41,444 bases of DNA from a virus (IMGVR_UViG_2563366870_000005); one strand, 5' to 3'. Shown: positions 18,283 through 28,182, counted from the stretch's first letter. Notes: generated by a model not told the origin, from the sequence alone. Translations and numbers: made by a program.

Positions 18283-19600
18283 TCTCTATGTCCTCGTCGG
18301 TAATGGATGCCCCGATGCCGGTTACGTCAGAATTTTCGCGCAAATCAGTCATAGCGGCTTTCAGTGTCATCAGACCATCACCCAGCGCTGTACTGATTGC
18401 GTTGGTGGTATTTAACGCCACCGTTGAGCGATCGACATCAGACATTTGCCAGAGCGGGTTAAACTCAAACGTGAAATCATCCGGGAGCGGCTTGCCAAGT
18501 TCCGAACGATGCATGATGTCCAGTATCCGCCGCACCGGAAGACGTAAACGCCTCTCCTGCAACGAGCTTACCCGGTCGTAATAGTTGGCAAGGTCTGCAT
18601 CGCCGGTAGAAAATCCCTTCGGGGACTGTCCGAACAACCGCACCAGTGGGATACCAACAGCGCCACTAATCTGTTCTGCAAACTGTGAAAGGATGTCATC
18701 CAGACCACTGAAGCTGTACTGATGGGTTTCAAACTTATCCCGCGAGTCCATGAGCGTCATGCCTTCATTGCTCTGGAACTGTCGAATCAGGTCGATATTC
18801 TTCAGCAACGCTTCATACGCAGGACCACCAAGTGCGATTAGCTCGCGTAGCTTCTCCACGCTGTAGGTACGCAAATGCGCCTTGTAGACCAGCTGCGCCG
18901 CGCCGACAGTAGCGCTGTCGAACGCGGTAAGACGATCCCAGATACGCTCTACAACCGACATTCCCCATTCGTTCTCGGTCATCTTCTGCTGGAATGGCAG
19001 CGTGACGCCATCAAAGCGAATCAGGCGACTGTGATGAATGCGCCAGGCAGGAATTCCCGTTGCTGTGGTCACCACATCGTAAAACTCAGGTTTACCCAGG
19101 TCCGGCCCCATATCTTTAATGCGGCGGGTCAGTACCGGGTCGATCATCCAGCGGTCGAGCGGGAGAATCCCCTTAAACTTGCCCTTACCGATGGTTTCGG
19201 GTCGCAGCGGGGTCATTGGTGCCTGCCCCTCAATCATGATGAAACCCACCGCGCCGCCGTAGAGGCGCGACCATTTCAGCACGTCGTTCAGCGCATCCCA
19301 GATTTGCAACTCATCCAGTTGTGATTCGAGAATGCCACGATCTTTTGCATCAATTTCCGACGTGATGCGAATGCCTTTGCGGGTCATATCATCCGGGATA
19401 GCATCGACCGCTTCGCCGATGATCCAGGACGAACGATAGGACCATTCCACCAGCATGCGGTTACGACTGGTGAAATTAGCCCGGTAGGTGGATGCTGAGT
19501 GCTGGTTAGGTGTCTGCATCCCTACGCGGGCAATAAAATTCTCATAACCATCAGCTGTGGCCTGCGCAGTTCGCCGCAGGGCTTGTTTGTTTCGTGCCAT
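18134..19600 (-). CDS. Portal protein
   Basis: 488-aa ORF immediately downstream of the large terminase with a 1-nt stop/start overlap; acidic C-terminal tail. Confidence 0.75.
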   Translation of the reverse strand: MARNKQALRRTAQATADGYENFIARVGMQTPNQHSASTYRANFTSRNRMLVEWSYRSSWIIGEAVDAIPDDMTRKGIRITSEIDAKDRGILESQLDELQIWDALNDVLKWSRLYGGAVGFIMIEGQAPMTPLRPETIGKGKFKGILPLDRWMIDPVLTRRIKDMGPDLGKPEFYDVVTTATGIPAWRIHHSRLIRFDGVTLPFQQKMTENEWGMSVVERIWDRLTAFDSATVGAAQLVYKAHLRTYSVEKLRELIALGGPAYEALLKNIDLIRQFQSNEGMTLMDSRDKFETHQYSFSGLDDILSQFAEQISGAVGIPLVRLFGQSPKGFSTGDADLANYYDRVSSLQERRLRLPVRRILDIMHRSELGKPLPDDFTFEFNPLWQMSDVDRSTVALNTTNAISTALGDGLMTLKAAMTDLRENSDVTGIGASITDEDIENAEDEAPPGISEPDDEPQEPSGGNPVSNQPTQDSAGGRGHRKWSLRWFK

Positions 19601-21222
19601 CAGGCCTGTCTCCCTAGCAGCTCCCAGATGTTCAGGGCTGAATTCATTGGGGCATAGTTGATCATCACCGAGTCGGCAAGGTTTGGCGACCGGGTTCCAT
19701 CAGGCTGTTTATCAATAACGATTTTTCCCACACCATTAATGGAATAGGTCGGCTGCGAAAGCTCAATGATGAGTTTATCTTTGAGTGCCATGCTACTGCT
19801 GATTGAGATGATTTCGTCCGGGTTGTAAGCCATACCTTCAACCACAGCGCGCCAGGTATTCTGAAAAAGTTTGCGTAACCGCCACCAGCTCTGGGCTTTG
19901 GCGTTAGCGAAGAAGTCCTTGTTCAGACGTGCTGCTTGCCCGTTGTCCCCGCGAACAGCTTCATCATCCGGATCAAATACCGCGCCACTGCCTCGAAACG
20001 GTGTGGCGAGTATTGACGGTCGACGCGCAGCGTTACGCAGTTCGTTGATAGCGCGTGCATCGCCGCGAACGCCAGCGCCCAGCCCGTCCTCGTCAAAGCG
20101 AAACTCTTCGAGGTTGTCCTGTTCGCAAAAGCCGAAAACCTTCTCGACGGACTGATAAATGTCGCTGCCCACACCGGACCATTCCCGCACATTTTCCAGG
20201 AGGAAGCCATGACGGGTGGAAAAGGCATTTTTGTCCCTGCCTTCGTCGGCGACATCCATCGCGCCAAGTCGTTTGCCTGTTGGCTGGATACCCAGTTTGA
20301 TATGCGCATCAACGGCAGCCTGTACCCATTCGGATGGAATCAGAACACCTTCCGCTGATGCGCTGTAGTTCAGATCAAGTTCCTGTGCCACCACCACCGG
20401 ATTATCGATTTTCTCGCATTCCCTGCGATACCACTCTTCATCCTTGCGAGGATCATCCCGCCAGTGGAATGTGAATACCGGTATCTTCCCGCCATGACGC
20501 TTCTGAGCGAACGGGTTCGCCATGCCGTTAACTGAACTCAGGTCGATACGGCAACGCGTCGTTTGTGACAACGCCGCATCAATCAGCAGAGGACGCTGAA
20601 GGAATGCAGCCTCATCAACCAGATAAAGCGTGGTACGGTCACCACGACCAATATTATCGCCAGCCTCGCCTTTGATAACGGCACCAGTTTCAGGAAACTC
20701 AACACGCATATATGGCGCGTGCTTCTTCTCACTCCACGAACCGCGAAACTCTACAGGTAGCGTTTCCACGAACTTGCGTGCCTTCCAGAACAATGCTTTC
20801 GGGTCACCAGTGCTGTCGACGTATTCCTCTTTACGGGAGCCGAAACCGATAACCATTTCTTTGTTGAAGAGACAAAGCGAGCAGGCCAGTCCGATCGCGG
20901 TCCAACTGAGCCCCATTTCACGGGATTTTTCGGTAATACCATTCTCCCTATTGCCCCAGCGTTCCATAATCCAGTGGATCCACTCCTCCTGCTTAGGGAA
21001 GAGTAAAAACGGAATGGTCACCGGCAGGCCATAATCAATATTACGCGGGTCCGTTGTCATGCCCCAGTCGATGATGAACTGAGCCGGGTTGGTTCGGTAA
21101 AACTGTTTTAGTGCTGGCAATATTTCAGGGTTCTGGCGAATGCGCTGTAAGCGTTCCATCCGCCATTCAAAAACCATCTGGTAATCAGGATGTTTAAAAT
21201 CGAAGGGGAATGGTAACGGCAT
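19600..21222 (-). CDS. Terminase large subunit
   Basis: 540-aa ORF between small terminase and portal; N-terminal ATPase-like and C-terminal nuclease-like acidic motifs ([20 protein letters not shown]). Confidence 0.8.
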   Translation of the reverse strand: MPLPFPFDFKHPDYQMVFEWRMERLQRIRQNPEILPALKQFYRTNPAQFIIDWGMTTDPRNIDYGLPVTIPFLLFPKQEEWIHWIMERWGNRENGITEKSREMGLSWTAIGLACSLCLFNKEMVIGFGSRKEEYVDSTGDPKALFWKARKFVETLPVEFRGSWSEKKHAPYMRVEFPETGAVIKGEAGDNIGRGDRTTLYLVDEAAFLQRPLLIDAALSQTTRCRIDLSSVNGMANPFAQKRHGGKIPVFTFHWRDDPRKDEEWYRRECEKIDNPVVVAQELDLNYSASAEGVLIPSEWVQAAVDAHIKLGIQPTGKRLGAMDVADEGRDKNAFSTRHGFLLENVREWSGVGSDIYQSVEKVFGFCEQDNLEEFRFDEDGLGAGVRGDARAINELRNAARRPSILATPFRGSGAVFDPDDEAVRGDNGQAARLNKDFFANAKAQSWWRLRKLFQNTWRAVVEGMAYNPDEIISISSSMALKDKLIIELSQPTYSINGVGKIVIDKQPDGTRSPNLADSVMINYAPMNSALNIWELLGRQA

Positions 21223-21224
21223 AC

Positions 21225-21797
21225 TTAGCCCATCATTTTTCTATACGCCTCTGCAGCCTGCTCCGGCGTTAAGTTGGTAATTTCTGTTCTGACTGGTCCT
21301 CCATCAGCGCCAGTCACTTCATTTTTGACATTGTCTTTAAACGCCTGAACAGAAACATGACGCCCGAGCAACTCAAGGTTTTTAACCTTATCAGGCCACT
21401 TAATCTTTTTAAGGATCCCGACCATTTCTCTGTCATCTCCTCGCCCCTCAAACATTTCAGCGAGGTTAAATCCACTCAGGTACCGACGCCACGATTCCGG
21501 CCACGCAGACAGAGGCTTAATACTTAAATCGTCCTCCAGGATGTCAGCCACATCGAGCCTGTCGATCTCAACCAGTCGCATCAGCACATAATTCGCATCA
21601 ATGCCCAGTTGATCAATACGCTCCTGCTTTAGCTCGTTAATACGGGCGCGTATCTCAGGTTTACCGTATAGTTCAGCCCCCGTAACATGTGCTCGCCTGG
21701 AGGCGTAGCCTGCGCGAATAGCTGCTTGTGTAGCATTCAGATCGACAAGAAACTCGCGACAAAACACCTCGTGTTTTGCTTTCAGCTTCTTAGTCAT
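21225..21797 (-). CDS. Terminase small subunit
   Basis: 190-aa ORF preceding the large terminase; N-terminal HTH-like region ([20 protein letters not shown]) typical of small terminases. Confidence 0.7.
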   Translation of the reverse strand: MTKKLKAKHEVFCREFLVDLNATQAAIRAGYASRRAHVTGAELYGKPEIRARINELKQERIDQLGIDANYVLMRLVEIDRLDVADILEDDLSIKPLSAWPESWRRYLSGFNLAEMFEGRGDDREMVGILKKIKWPDKVKNLELLGRHVSVQAFKDNVKNEVTGADGGPVRTEITNLTPEQAAEAYRKMMG

Positions 21798-21858
21798 TTT
21801 ATTTTCCAGTTATCAGGTCATTATCGAAGCCCCGCCAGGAAGAGCTTCTGTAATGCTA

Positions 21859-22383
21859 TTACCGGGACTGTTCTATTTGTCGGACACCAGCCAACTGGTT
21901 ATTCGCCTTCTCGATGGCTGCCAACAATGGGTTAATCCACAGAACAGCCTGGCAATATGTCAACGTTCTGGTGGTAGTGGCACGATCACCGGCTGAGTCA
22001 ATGTCCCCGGAATCGGCGTGCAATGCGCTGGCGCGTAAACGGTTCGCGTAGTTGAGCAACCCGACAGCAATATCAACAGGAACAGGGAAATCACAGTTCT
22101 TTTCACGGAGCAGAACCTCACGGTATTTGATGACTGTCTTCTCGTGATCGATGTCGACCAGAGAATTTAATCGGCTTGCGTTTTCTGCTATCTGGTTAAA
22201 ACGATTGAAGTTTAATGCCTGATTAGCTATCACTTTCCCTTGATATTCAGCTTCACCTTCCGCTTTATCAGCCCGCAACTTTTCTGCCTGATACTTGCTG
22301 TGGTAATGGTTTGCAGACCAGACGAGCGCCCCAAAGACAGAGAAGAAAAATGCCGCGATGACAATCTTATAAGTCAGCTTCAT
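21859..22383 (-). CDS. Lysis protein, i-spanin-like (Rz-like)
   Basis: 174-aa ORF with a single N-terminal TM segment followed by a charged coiled-coil-like region; follows holin and endolysin. Confidence 0.6.
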   Translation of the reverse strand: MKLTYKIVIAAFFFSVFGALVWSANHYHSKYQAEKLRADKAEGEAEYQGKVIANQALNFNRFNQIAENASRLNSLVDIDHEKTVIKYREVLLREKNCDFPVPVDIAVGLLNYANRLRASALHADSGDIDSAGDRATTTRTLTYCQAVLWINPLLAAIEKANNQLAGVRQIEQSR

Positions 22384-22843
22384 TTACCACCCCACCAGCA
22401 TCTTTAAACCTGGAAATCAGGTCACCGATTTTATGTTCATACTGACCGTAACCTGCACCAGGTAACGACGCCCAGATATTGCTGCAACGGTCGATTGCCT
22501 GACGAATATCGCCACGGTCAATCATCGGTAAAGCGCCACGCTCTTTAATCTGCTGCAGCGCCACAGCGTCCTGACTTTCTGGCGAAAAATCTTTCAGGCC
22601 AAGCTGCTTGCGGTAGGCATCCCACCAGCGTGAAAGAAGCTGATACCGGCCTGCGGCTGTTGATTTAAGCTTCGGGTTTAGCGTGACAAGTTTGCGAGGG
22701 TGATCGGAGTAATCAGTGAACAACTCACCTCCGACGATAACGTCATAACCGTGATTACGTGTCGGTTGTCGCCCGTTATCCGTTCCTTCTGACCATGCCA
22801 CCATATCCAGGAAAGCTTTACGTTGGGAATTTAGTGTCTGCAT
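22367..22843 (-). CDS. R: Endolysin, lambda R-type lytic transglycosylase
   Basis: Translation (NSQRKAFLDMVAWSEGTDNGRQPTRNHGYDVIVGGELFTDYSDHPRK ...) is near-identical to my recollection of lambda R. Confidence 0.9.
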   Translation of the reverse strand: MQTLNSQRKAFLDMVAWSEGTDNGRQPTRNHGYDVIVGGELFTDYSDHPRKLVTLNPKLKSTAAGRYQLLSRWWDAYRKQLGLKDFSPESQDAVALQQIKERGALPMIDRGDIRQAIDRCSNIWASLPGAGYGQYEHKIGDLISRFKDAGGVVNEADL

Positions 22844-22846
22844 GAA

Positions 22847-23188
22847 TTACTCCTTAGAGCCACCAAACTTGTTACCGATTACTCGCATTGCAGCCCCACG
22901 AATAGCATCGACACCGATCAGCCCAACACCACCACCAATGGCAACAGAAAGCGATTTAGGCCATCCGACATACTCAAGAGCGGATGCAAAAGTCAGCGTC
23001 AGAGCACCACAGAGCAAAATCTCAAGCGTTTTTCGTTTCCAGCCGCCGCCACCGCCAAAATAGGCAATGCGCAAGCCAGCCATAACAATTGACATAACCA
23101 CTGCGCCCAACGGCGTATCTCCACGCCACCAACTTTGTAAGAGTTCCAGTAAGTCAGGCCAGGAATGAGGAGCATTGTGCATTTTCAT
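22847..23188 (-). CDS. Holin with dual-start motif (class I-like)
   Basis: SD GGAGGTG immediately upstream of ATG-AAA-ATG (MKM, 23188-23180), a lambda S-like dual start; hydrophobic TM segments; directly upstream of the endolysin. Track ORF starts 18 nt upstream at ATG 23206. Confidence 0.75.
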   Translation of the reverse strand: MKMHNAPHSWPDLLELLQSWWRGDTPLGAVVMSIVMAGLRIAYFGGGGGWKRKTLEILLCGALTLTFASALEYVGWPKSLSVAIGGGVGLIGVDAIRGAAMRVIGNKFGGSKE

Positions 23189-23289
23189 ACTTCCCACCTC
23201 CGCCATTACGGGGTGTTGTTGAAAGGCGGGCCCTGCGTATACGCCCGTAGGATTGGGTTATGAGCCGTCCTTCGGTGGGCCCTGAATAC

Positions 23290-23312
23290 AAAAAAAGTTC
23301 GCCATAGCGAAC
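23290..23312 (-). terminator. Rho-independent terminator upstream of the lysis genes (tR'-like)
   Basis: Minus strand: stem GTTCGC/GCGAAC with 4-nt loop followed by TTTTTTT; located between the candidate late promoter region and the holin. Confidence 0.65.
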
Positions 23313-23540
23313 CTTGTTAAATTTGTTAAAAAAGGAAGTTATTTAACATAATGTACGTTATAGGAACCACACGATCCCCGCTCGCAATAGATTTGCGATG
23401 AAAGGCCTATTTAATCAACTTAAGTGGTCCAGAATGACGAAATTCGAGTGAATAAAAGGTGCATAAAAAAGGGCAAAAACTGCATAGCGTTTTTTCGCAG
23501 CGAAAGCCCTGTTTTATTAACTTTTCCCCAGAATGGGGCA

Positions 23541-23566
23541 ATAAAAAAGGCCCCCTTGCGGAAGCC
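23541..23566 (-). terminator. Rho-independent terminator after the Q operon
   Basis: Minus strand: GGCTTCC-GCAA-GGGGGCC hairpin (7 bp incl. two G-U pairs, GCAA tetraloop) followed by TTTTTTATT; downstream of ORF 23634..23975. Confidence 0.55.
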
Positions 23567-23633
23567 TCTTCGTGATGAACTGTTTTCAACGGATATCAGG
23601 CTAATCGGCTTTTTGGAATTCCACAACTATTTT

Positions 23634-23975
23634 TTATCTTACCTTGATGCCTGATGCCGTCAGATGTTTACGACAGTCCTGAATACCTTCGTTATAACCC
23701 GCATCGTAGAAGCTATCCGGCTTTGCCTTCAGCGCAGGAAGCGTAACGCTGGTAGCTCTTCGTTCGGCCAGAACACCTGCCTGAAAGAGTGTCCACATCA
23801 ACTGAACTGCTGAATCACAGTAAGTAACATCTTCACTGTACAATTCTCGTTCAATCCTGATGCCAAGTTGAGCCTTCATTGATGCGCTAATATTACCTTT
23901 GACCTGCAACGACAGGTCTGGGTACCTCTGTTCCATGAAGCTTTCGAATCTGTTGCGAACGCTGATCAGAGCCAT
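23634..23975 (-). CDS. Hypothetical protein
   Basis: 113-aa ORF with ATG start between Q and the late promoter region; no family recognised. Confidence 0.5.
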   Translation of the reverse strand: MALISVRNRFESFMEQRYPDLSLQVKGNISASMKAQLGIRIERELYSEDVTYCDSAVQLMWTLFQAGVLAERRATSVTLPALKAKPDSFYDAGYNEGIQDCRKHLTASGIKVR

Positions 23976-24006
23976 CTGGTTCCCTTACGTGATTGATTGC
24001 TGGATA

Positions 24007-24429
24007 TTATGCCGCCGAGCAGCTCCTACTCAAAGTCCTGATAGCCTGAGGCTTTGACTGAACCGACTGATCCATTTCGAGCACCACATCCAGCATGGCT
24101 AAGCAACCGTCAATAAATCCCTCTGCCGCCTGAAGCCTCTTCAGAACGTGGGTGTGAGATACGCCGAGCTTCTCACCCATCGCCCGCACGGGCATGGCCT
24201 GGACGTAATGCCACTCAAGGAGCGTGCACAGATACGGATCTTTTTTCTTCAGGCAGCTCATAGCGGAGTTGATGATAAGTCCGTCATTGTCACTGCATTT
24301 CAGCCTTCCAGACTGCGTCGCGGGTAGCAGATTCTTAAACCCGGCTGCAACAGGAGGAAAGTAGACGCTACCACCTTCACTCGCTGCCCAGCCACCCCAG
24401 CGCTCTAAAACCTGTTGAATATTACGCAT
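24007..24429 (-). CDS. Q: Late gene antitermination protein Q-like
   Basis: 140-aa ORF upstream of the late promoter/terminator region and lysis cassette; Cys/His-containing C-terminal half typical of Q-family antiterminators. Confidence 0.7.
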   Translation of the reverse strand: MRNIQQVLERWGGWAASEGGSVYFPPVAAGFKNLLPATQSGRLKCSDNDGLIINSAMSCLKKKDPYLCTLLEWHYVQAMPVRAMGEKLGVSHTHVLKRLQAAEGFIDGCLAMLDVVLEMDQSVQSKPQAIRTLSRSCSAA

Positions 24430-24558
24430 AGCTCTGACCTCTACGTTTTGCTACGAAAAAATTTTCTGAGAACCACGTCTGTTTATCCGTGGGTGTGGAT
24501 AACGCAGTTCCGATTCGCATATTGCATGTATCAACATGCAAAAAGTTGCTAATGCGGA

Positions 24559-24746
24559 GTGGAACCACCTGCCCCCACCTGGAACCACCTTTTCCTAACC
24601 TTTCCCTCAATCGACTTATATATATGGGGTTTCTAGTAGAAAGGTGGTTCCAGTGGTTCCAGTGGTTCCACCCCGCTTGCCACAAGGTCTGCAAGGTGGA
24701 ACCACCTTCTCTTTTAGGTGGTTCCGCGTGGTTCCAGCGGTTCCCA
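24559..24746. repeat. Iteron array, candidate replication origin
   Basis: At least eight copies of a 9-10 bp motif (TGGAACCACC / GGTGGTTCCA) in both orientations: two direct copies 20 bp apart (24560-24589), an AT-rich block (24611-24640), three tandem inverted copies (24643-24670), and more at 24696-24746. Confidence 0.7.
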
Positions 24747-26900
24747 AACCTTGCATTTTTTCCCCCCAATTCGCCTTTGGGCACGCTTATACCCGCAATT
24801 TTGCAAAACATTACTAATTCGCATTTCTTCGCGTTTTCCGATGCGGTCAGGATTTAGCCCAATCGCATCACGCAAAACATCACTTGCGCGTAAAAATTCG
24901 CAATTTCGCGGAAGTTCATTAGTCATCAGGTCTGGCGTGTCGAGCCATTTCTCTACCGTTTCAAGCCAAGCATCCTTGATGGTGTACTGTTCATGGACAC
25001 TCGCTGCCAGTTGTTCAGCCTCACGGAACTGGATACCCCCCAGACGCTGAAACACCTCACGAGCCTCAGCCCAAAGTAAAAGGAGATCTCTTTTTATCGC
25101 TTTCACGTCGACTTTCGACACTTCCACGGGGAGCCAGCGACGGTTACCAGTCTTGTCCGCAAGGAATTCGTCCTCATTGGTGGTACCAACGAACACCAGG
25201 CGACGAGGAAACTGGGTGGCGAACTCCCGGTATTTCGGGATCCAGTTTTCGTGAGTACGCGTCACAAACGCTTTGATTGACTCCAGCTCTTTGGTATTAA
25301 GTCCGCGCAGTTCACCAATCTCTGCCACCAGCCGACCACGCATTTTTCGAGCGAGATCATCGTCTTTTTCGGCAAAAGAGATTTCAGTAAAAAACGCAGG
25401 ATCAGGGCTCAGTGCCTCCACTCCGGAAGACTTACCGCAGCCCTGCGGACCAACGAGGATCGGCACCATATCCGCTTTGATGCCTGGCTCCAGTACTCGC
25501 CCCGCCAACGCGGTCCACATGTACATAGACACCGCACGGGTATAAGGCGTGTCGGCTGTACCGAAGTGCGTATGGTAGAAACATTCGATGCGCGGCACGC
25601 CATCCCACTCCAGTCCGTTCAGCCAGGTGATCGCTGAATCGAATGGTTGTTCATCGGCTGCAAGTAACACCACATCGCGAATAAGTTCACGACCAACAGG
25701 TTTAAATCCCCGCTTTTCCATCGTGATGCGCAGGCGCGCATAATCCGCATCGGTGAATGCCCGCCATTGTCCGGATCCTGCAGGGGCAAACATGATTTCG
25801 TCGCGGAACTGGTCAAAGCGAATATCGATGTCCACAAAATCAGGGCGTACTACTGCTTTGGCTGCGTTGCTGATGGTTGCCTCGATACGCCCCCATTTAT
25901 CACGCTCGAAAGCAGGCAGCGGTAAAGGTTCCGCCACTTCGGTGCTGGTCAGATCTTCGAAATCGTCGTTGCGGATCCCGATGGCATTAAGGAAATCTCC
26001 GTCATCACGATGCGCACAACTGGCATGCAGGCATTTAAAATGCCCCTGCTCAAAGCCCGCGGTTCCCGCAGGAAAATAAACTGTGCTTGTTGGATCGCCC
26101 CCGCTACTGTGGCCGTCTTCAAACGGACAGCGGATATATCGTTCACCATTTGCGCCATCCAGCAGCGTCCAGCCATTGGCATCAAGATATTCAGCTGTAT
26201 CATCCGTCGCGCCGGGCGTGAATGCTGATCGGTCGCGCATCTTCGTGTTGCCCGCTTCGGTGGTTACCGACACAGGGAGTTGTTCAGCCAGGCGCTGCCA
26301 CAGCGTTTCAAGCTGCTCACCAGTAATAGCCGGAGGTTCATCCGGCAAACCGCCGTCCCATTCGATACGCGCGCCGCTGCTGTGCGTACCGCAGGCAACA
26401 AACTGCTGCCCGTTCGCCAGCAGCTCGATAATCCCCATATCGCCCGCCAGACGGTGGATGCGCTTACGGAAATCGCCGTCAACGGCCAGCAGGTACAGGC
26501 ATTTGTTACTGTTGGCGCGCCAGCGACGCGGCGGCAGCTCACCAAGTAGCTGCACCAGCGTTTTGCGAATATCGGCCTGGATATCTTCGTCTTCGCTGTC
26601 GCAGTCCAGCGCCAGCCAGCCATGGCCTGTACGCACGCAGATGCCATAATCCGGTTCATTCGACCAGCGGGCAAAATCATGCTCAGTAACAACATGACCG
26701 GTCCATTGAGCAATACCGGTGACCTGACGGTCCCGGTTATAGCGACTTGGCGTCTTACCCAGCGCTTTCAGTTTACTGTCAGGGGATATAGTCGCACCGG
26801 GGTTACATACAACTGGGAGAAGATGATCAGTTCTCCCCAATACCAGGTCGAAATGAAACCACTCATCAGGCGTAGCTCCCCATGGTTTGCTATCGGACAT
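24714..26900 (-). CDS. DNA primase, P4 alpha-like (N-terminal primase-polymerase domain, Cys/His zinc motif, C-terminal Walker-A NTPase domain)
   Basis: 728-aa ORF; zinc-binding-like motif (CPFEDGH ... FKCLHASCAH); Walker A GPQGCGKSS; size and architecture of phage/plasmid P4-family primases; iterons overlap its 3' end. Confidence 0.75.
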   Translation of the reverse strand: MSDSKPWGATPDEWFHFDLVLGRTDHLLPVVCNPGATISPDSKLKALGKTPSRYNRDRQVTGIAQWTGHVVTEHDFARWSNEPDYGICVRTGHGWLALDCDSEDEDIQADIRKTLVQLLGELPPRRWRANSNKCLYLLAVDGDFRKRIHRLAGDMGIIELLANGQQFVACGTHSSGARIEWDGGLPDEPPAITGEQLETLWQRLAEQLPVSVTTEAGNTKMRDRSAFTPGATDDTAEYLDANGWTLLDGANGERYIRCPFEDGHSSGGDPTSTVYFPAGTAGFEQGHFKCLHASCAHRDDGDFLNAIGIRNDDFEDLTSTEVAEPLPLPAFERDKWGRIEATISNAAKAVVRPDFVDIDIRFDQFRDEIMFAPAGSGQWRAFTDADYARLRITMEKRGFKPVGRELIRDVVLLAADEQPFDSAITWLNGLEWDGVPRIECFYHTHFGTADTPYTRAVSMYMWTALAGRVLEPGIKADMVPILVGPQGCGKSSGVEALSPDPAFFTEISFAEKDDDLARKMRGRLVAEIGELRGLNTKELESIKAFVTRTHENWIPKYREFATQFPRRLVFVGTTNEDEFLADKTGNRRWLPVEVSKVDVKAIKRDLLLLWAEAREVFQRLGGIQFREAEQLAASVHEQYTIKDAWLETVEKWLDTPDLMTNELPRNCEFLRASDVLRDAIGLNPDRIGKREEMRISNVLQNCGYKRAQRRIGGKKCKVWEPLEPRGTT

Positions 26901-26903
26901 GGG

Positions 26904-27116
26904 TTAAGCCTTTTTATCGTTTTGTGAGCCATACAACAGCCAATTAGGGTCGCAATCCAATGCTATAGACATTTCAAGAAGATAACGTGGCCGAGCAATA
27001 ACACCACTTTCAATTCTGTTTATTGCCTGCTGGCTCACTCCTGTGAGCTCAGCCAACGTAACTTGCGTCATTTTGAGTTCTTTACGTCGTTCTTTTACTC
27101 GGGTCGCTAAGGTCAT
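26904..27116 (-). CDS. Cro-like HTH transcriptional regulator (XRE family)
   Basis: HTH motif (MTQVTLAELTGVSQQAINRIESG); preferred start ATG 27114-27116 with SD GAGGTGA; divergent from the CI-like gene and heads the minus-strand operon. Confidence 0.75.
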   Translation of the reverse strand: MTLATRVKERRKELKMTQVTLAELTGVSQQAINRIESGVIARPRYLLEMSIALDCDPNWLLYGSQNDKKA

Positions 27117-27174
27117 TGCTTTCACCTCATACAATTTTAGTGGTATTTAGCAACAACAAACGAGGTTTGTCAAA

Positions 27175-27211
27175 TACAACAAAAATTGTTTTTAATGTGG
27201 GTATACACATT
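27175..27211. promoter_or_regulatory. Candidate operator sites in the cro/cI divergent region
   Basis: Palindrome AATGTG-GGTATA-CACATT (27194-27211) and TACAA-N6-TTGT (27175-27189); the latter geometry recurs downstream of the CI-like gene (27996-28011). Confidence 0.35.
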
Positions 27212-27236
27212 AATACAACCCAGAAGGACTAATCCC

Positions 27237-27860
27237 ATGTCTCTCGCAGCCCGTTTTAAAGCACGTCGTTTGGAATTAGGAATGACTCAAGTGGAAGTAG
27301 CGAATTCTGCAGGGGTTAGCCAACAATCCATAGAATCCATCGAAAGTGGACGAACCAGAAAGCCACGCAATCTTCTGGATCTGGCTAAGGCCTTGAAATG
27401 TAGCCCAGATTGGCTACTGAACGGTAAAAATATTATGCCTCTCGCGGAGATAAGTACCAGACGCATACCTATATTAAGTTACGTTCAGGCAGGAGAGCTT
27501 ACAGAAGCAAGAGACATAACAGATCTGACAGGGGAATTTGAATATATTTTGGCAGACTCTGACATTCCAGAAACATGCTTCGCATTACGTATTGATGGCG
27601 ACAGCATGCAACCAGAGTTTAAAGAAGGAGACATTGTTATCATCGATCCTGATCTATGTCCTGCACCAGGGGAGTTTGTTGTCGCCAAAAACGACGGTCA
27701 CGAAGCTACATTTAAAAAATACCGTCCATTAGGAATCGGCATCGACGACTTTGAATTAATCCCCCTAAATCCTGATTACCCTATTTTTCGTAGTGCAGAT
27801 ATGAACTTACAGATCATAGGTGTAATGATCGAACACCGTATTTACCGCCGTAAACGTTAG
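27237..27860 (+). CDS. CI-like repressor (N-terminal HTH, C-terminal S24/LexA-like peptidase domain)
   Basis: HTH (LGMTQVEVANSAGVSQQSIESIESG) plus C-terminal S24-like region (RIDGDSMQPEFKEGDIVIIDP ... KKY); ATG 27237 with SD AGAAGGA; track start 27186 is TTG. Confidence 0.8.
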   Translation: MSLAARFKARRLELGMTQVEVANSAGVSQQSIESIESGRTRKPRNLLDLAKALKCSPDWLLNGKNIMPLAEISTRRIPILSYVQAGELTEARDITDLTGEFEYILADSDIPETCFALRIDGDSMQPEFKEGDIVIIDPDLCPAPGEFVVAKNDGHEATFKKYRPLGIGIDDFELIPLNPDYPIFRSADMNLQIIGVMIEHRIYRRKR

Positions 27861-27964
27861 TATTCCCACCGTAAATATCGGGAGGCGTAACAGCCTCCCT
27901 TACCCCATTTGTAAAGTATTACAAATTAAATTCACTTAAATATCAATAAAGTAGTATTCACACC

Positions 27965-28011
27965 CCACAAAATACCACATTTGTGGTTTACACAATACAA
28001 CTCAAATTGTA
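27965..28011. promoter_or_regulatory. Candidate operator/regulatory palindromes downstream of the CI-like gene (PL-like region)
   Basis: CCACAAA-N8-TTTGTGG (27965-27986) and TACAA-N6-TTGTA (27996-28011) in a ~320-bp region without convincing coding sequence. Confidence 0.3.
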
Positions 28012-28182
28012 TCTTTAGCCACAAGTCGAACGGCGCGACTCTAAACCATGCGTCGGGACCGTGGCGGGACAGGATGTCGGCAATACGGGTCAGTAAGTTC
28101 CCTTTGGGGTGCGGCGAAGCACTGTCTACTGATACAAGTCGAAGCCGCCGAACCACCAAAGTGAACTGAATGAGGAAACGGC

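Noticed and set aside
21859-22383. Embedded Rz1-like o-spanin inside the i-spanin gene
   Set aside because: No ATG in the alternative minus-strand frames within the gene and no ORF of >=60 aa; a short GTG/TTG-initiated lipoprotein cannot be excluded.
24422-24857. Track ORFs 24422..24811 (-) and 24489..24857 (+) spanning the repeat region, and the idea that the repeats are a CRISPR array
   Set aside because: The ORFs are created by the repetitive GGTGGTTCCA/TGGAACCACC iterons and lack plausible starts; the repeats are only 9-10 bp, tandem or closely spaced without spacers, and occur in both orientations, so this is an origin, not CRISPR.
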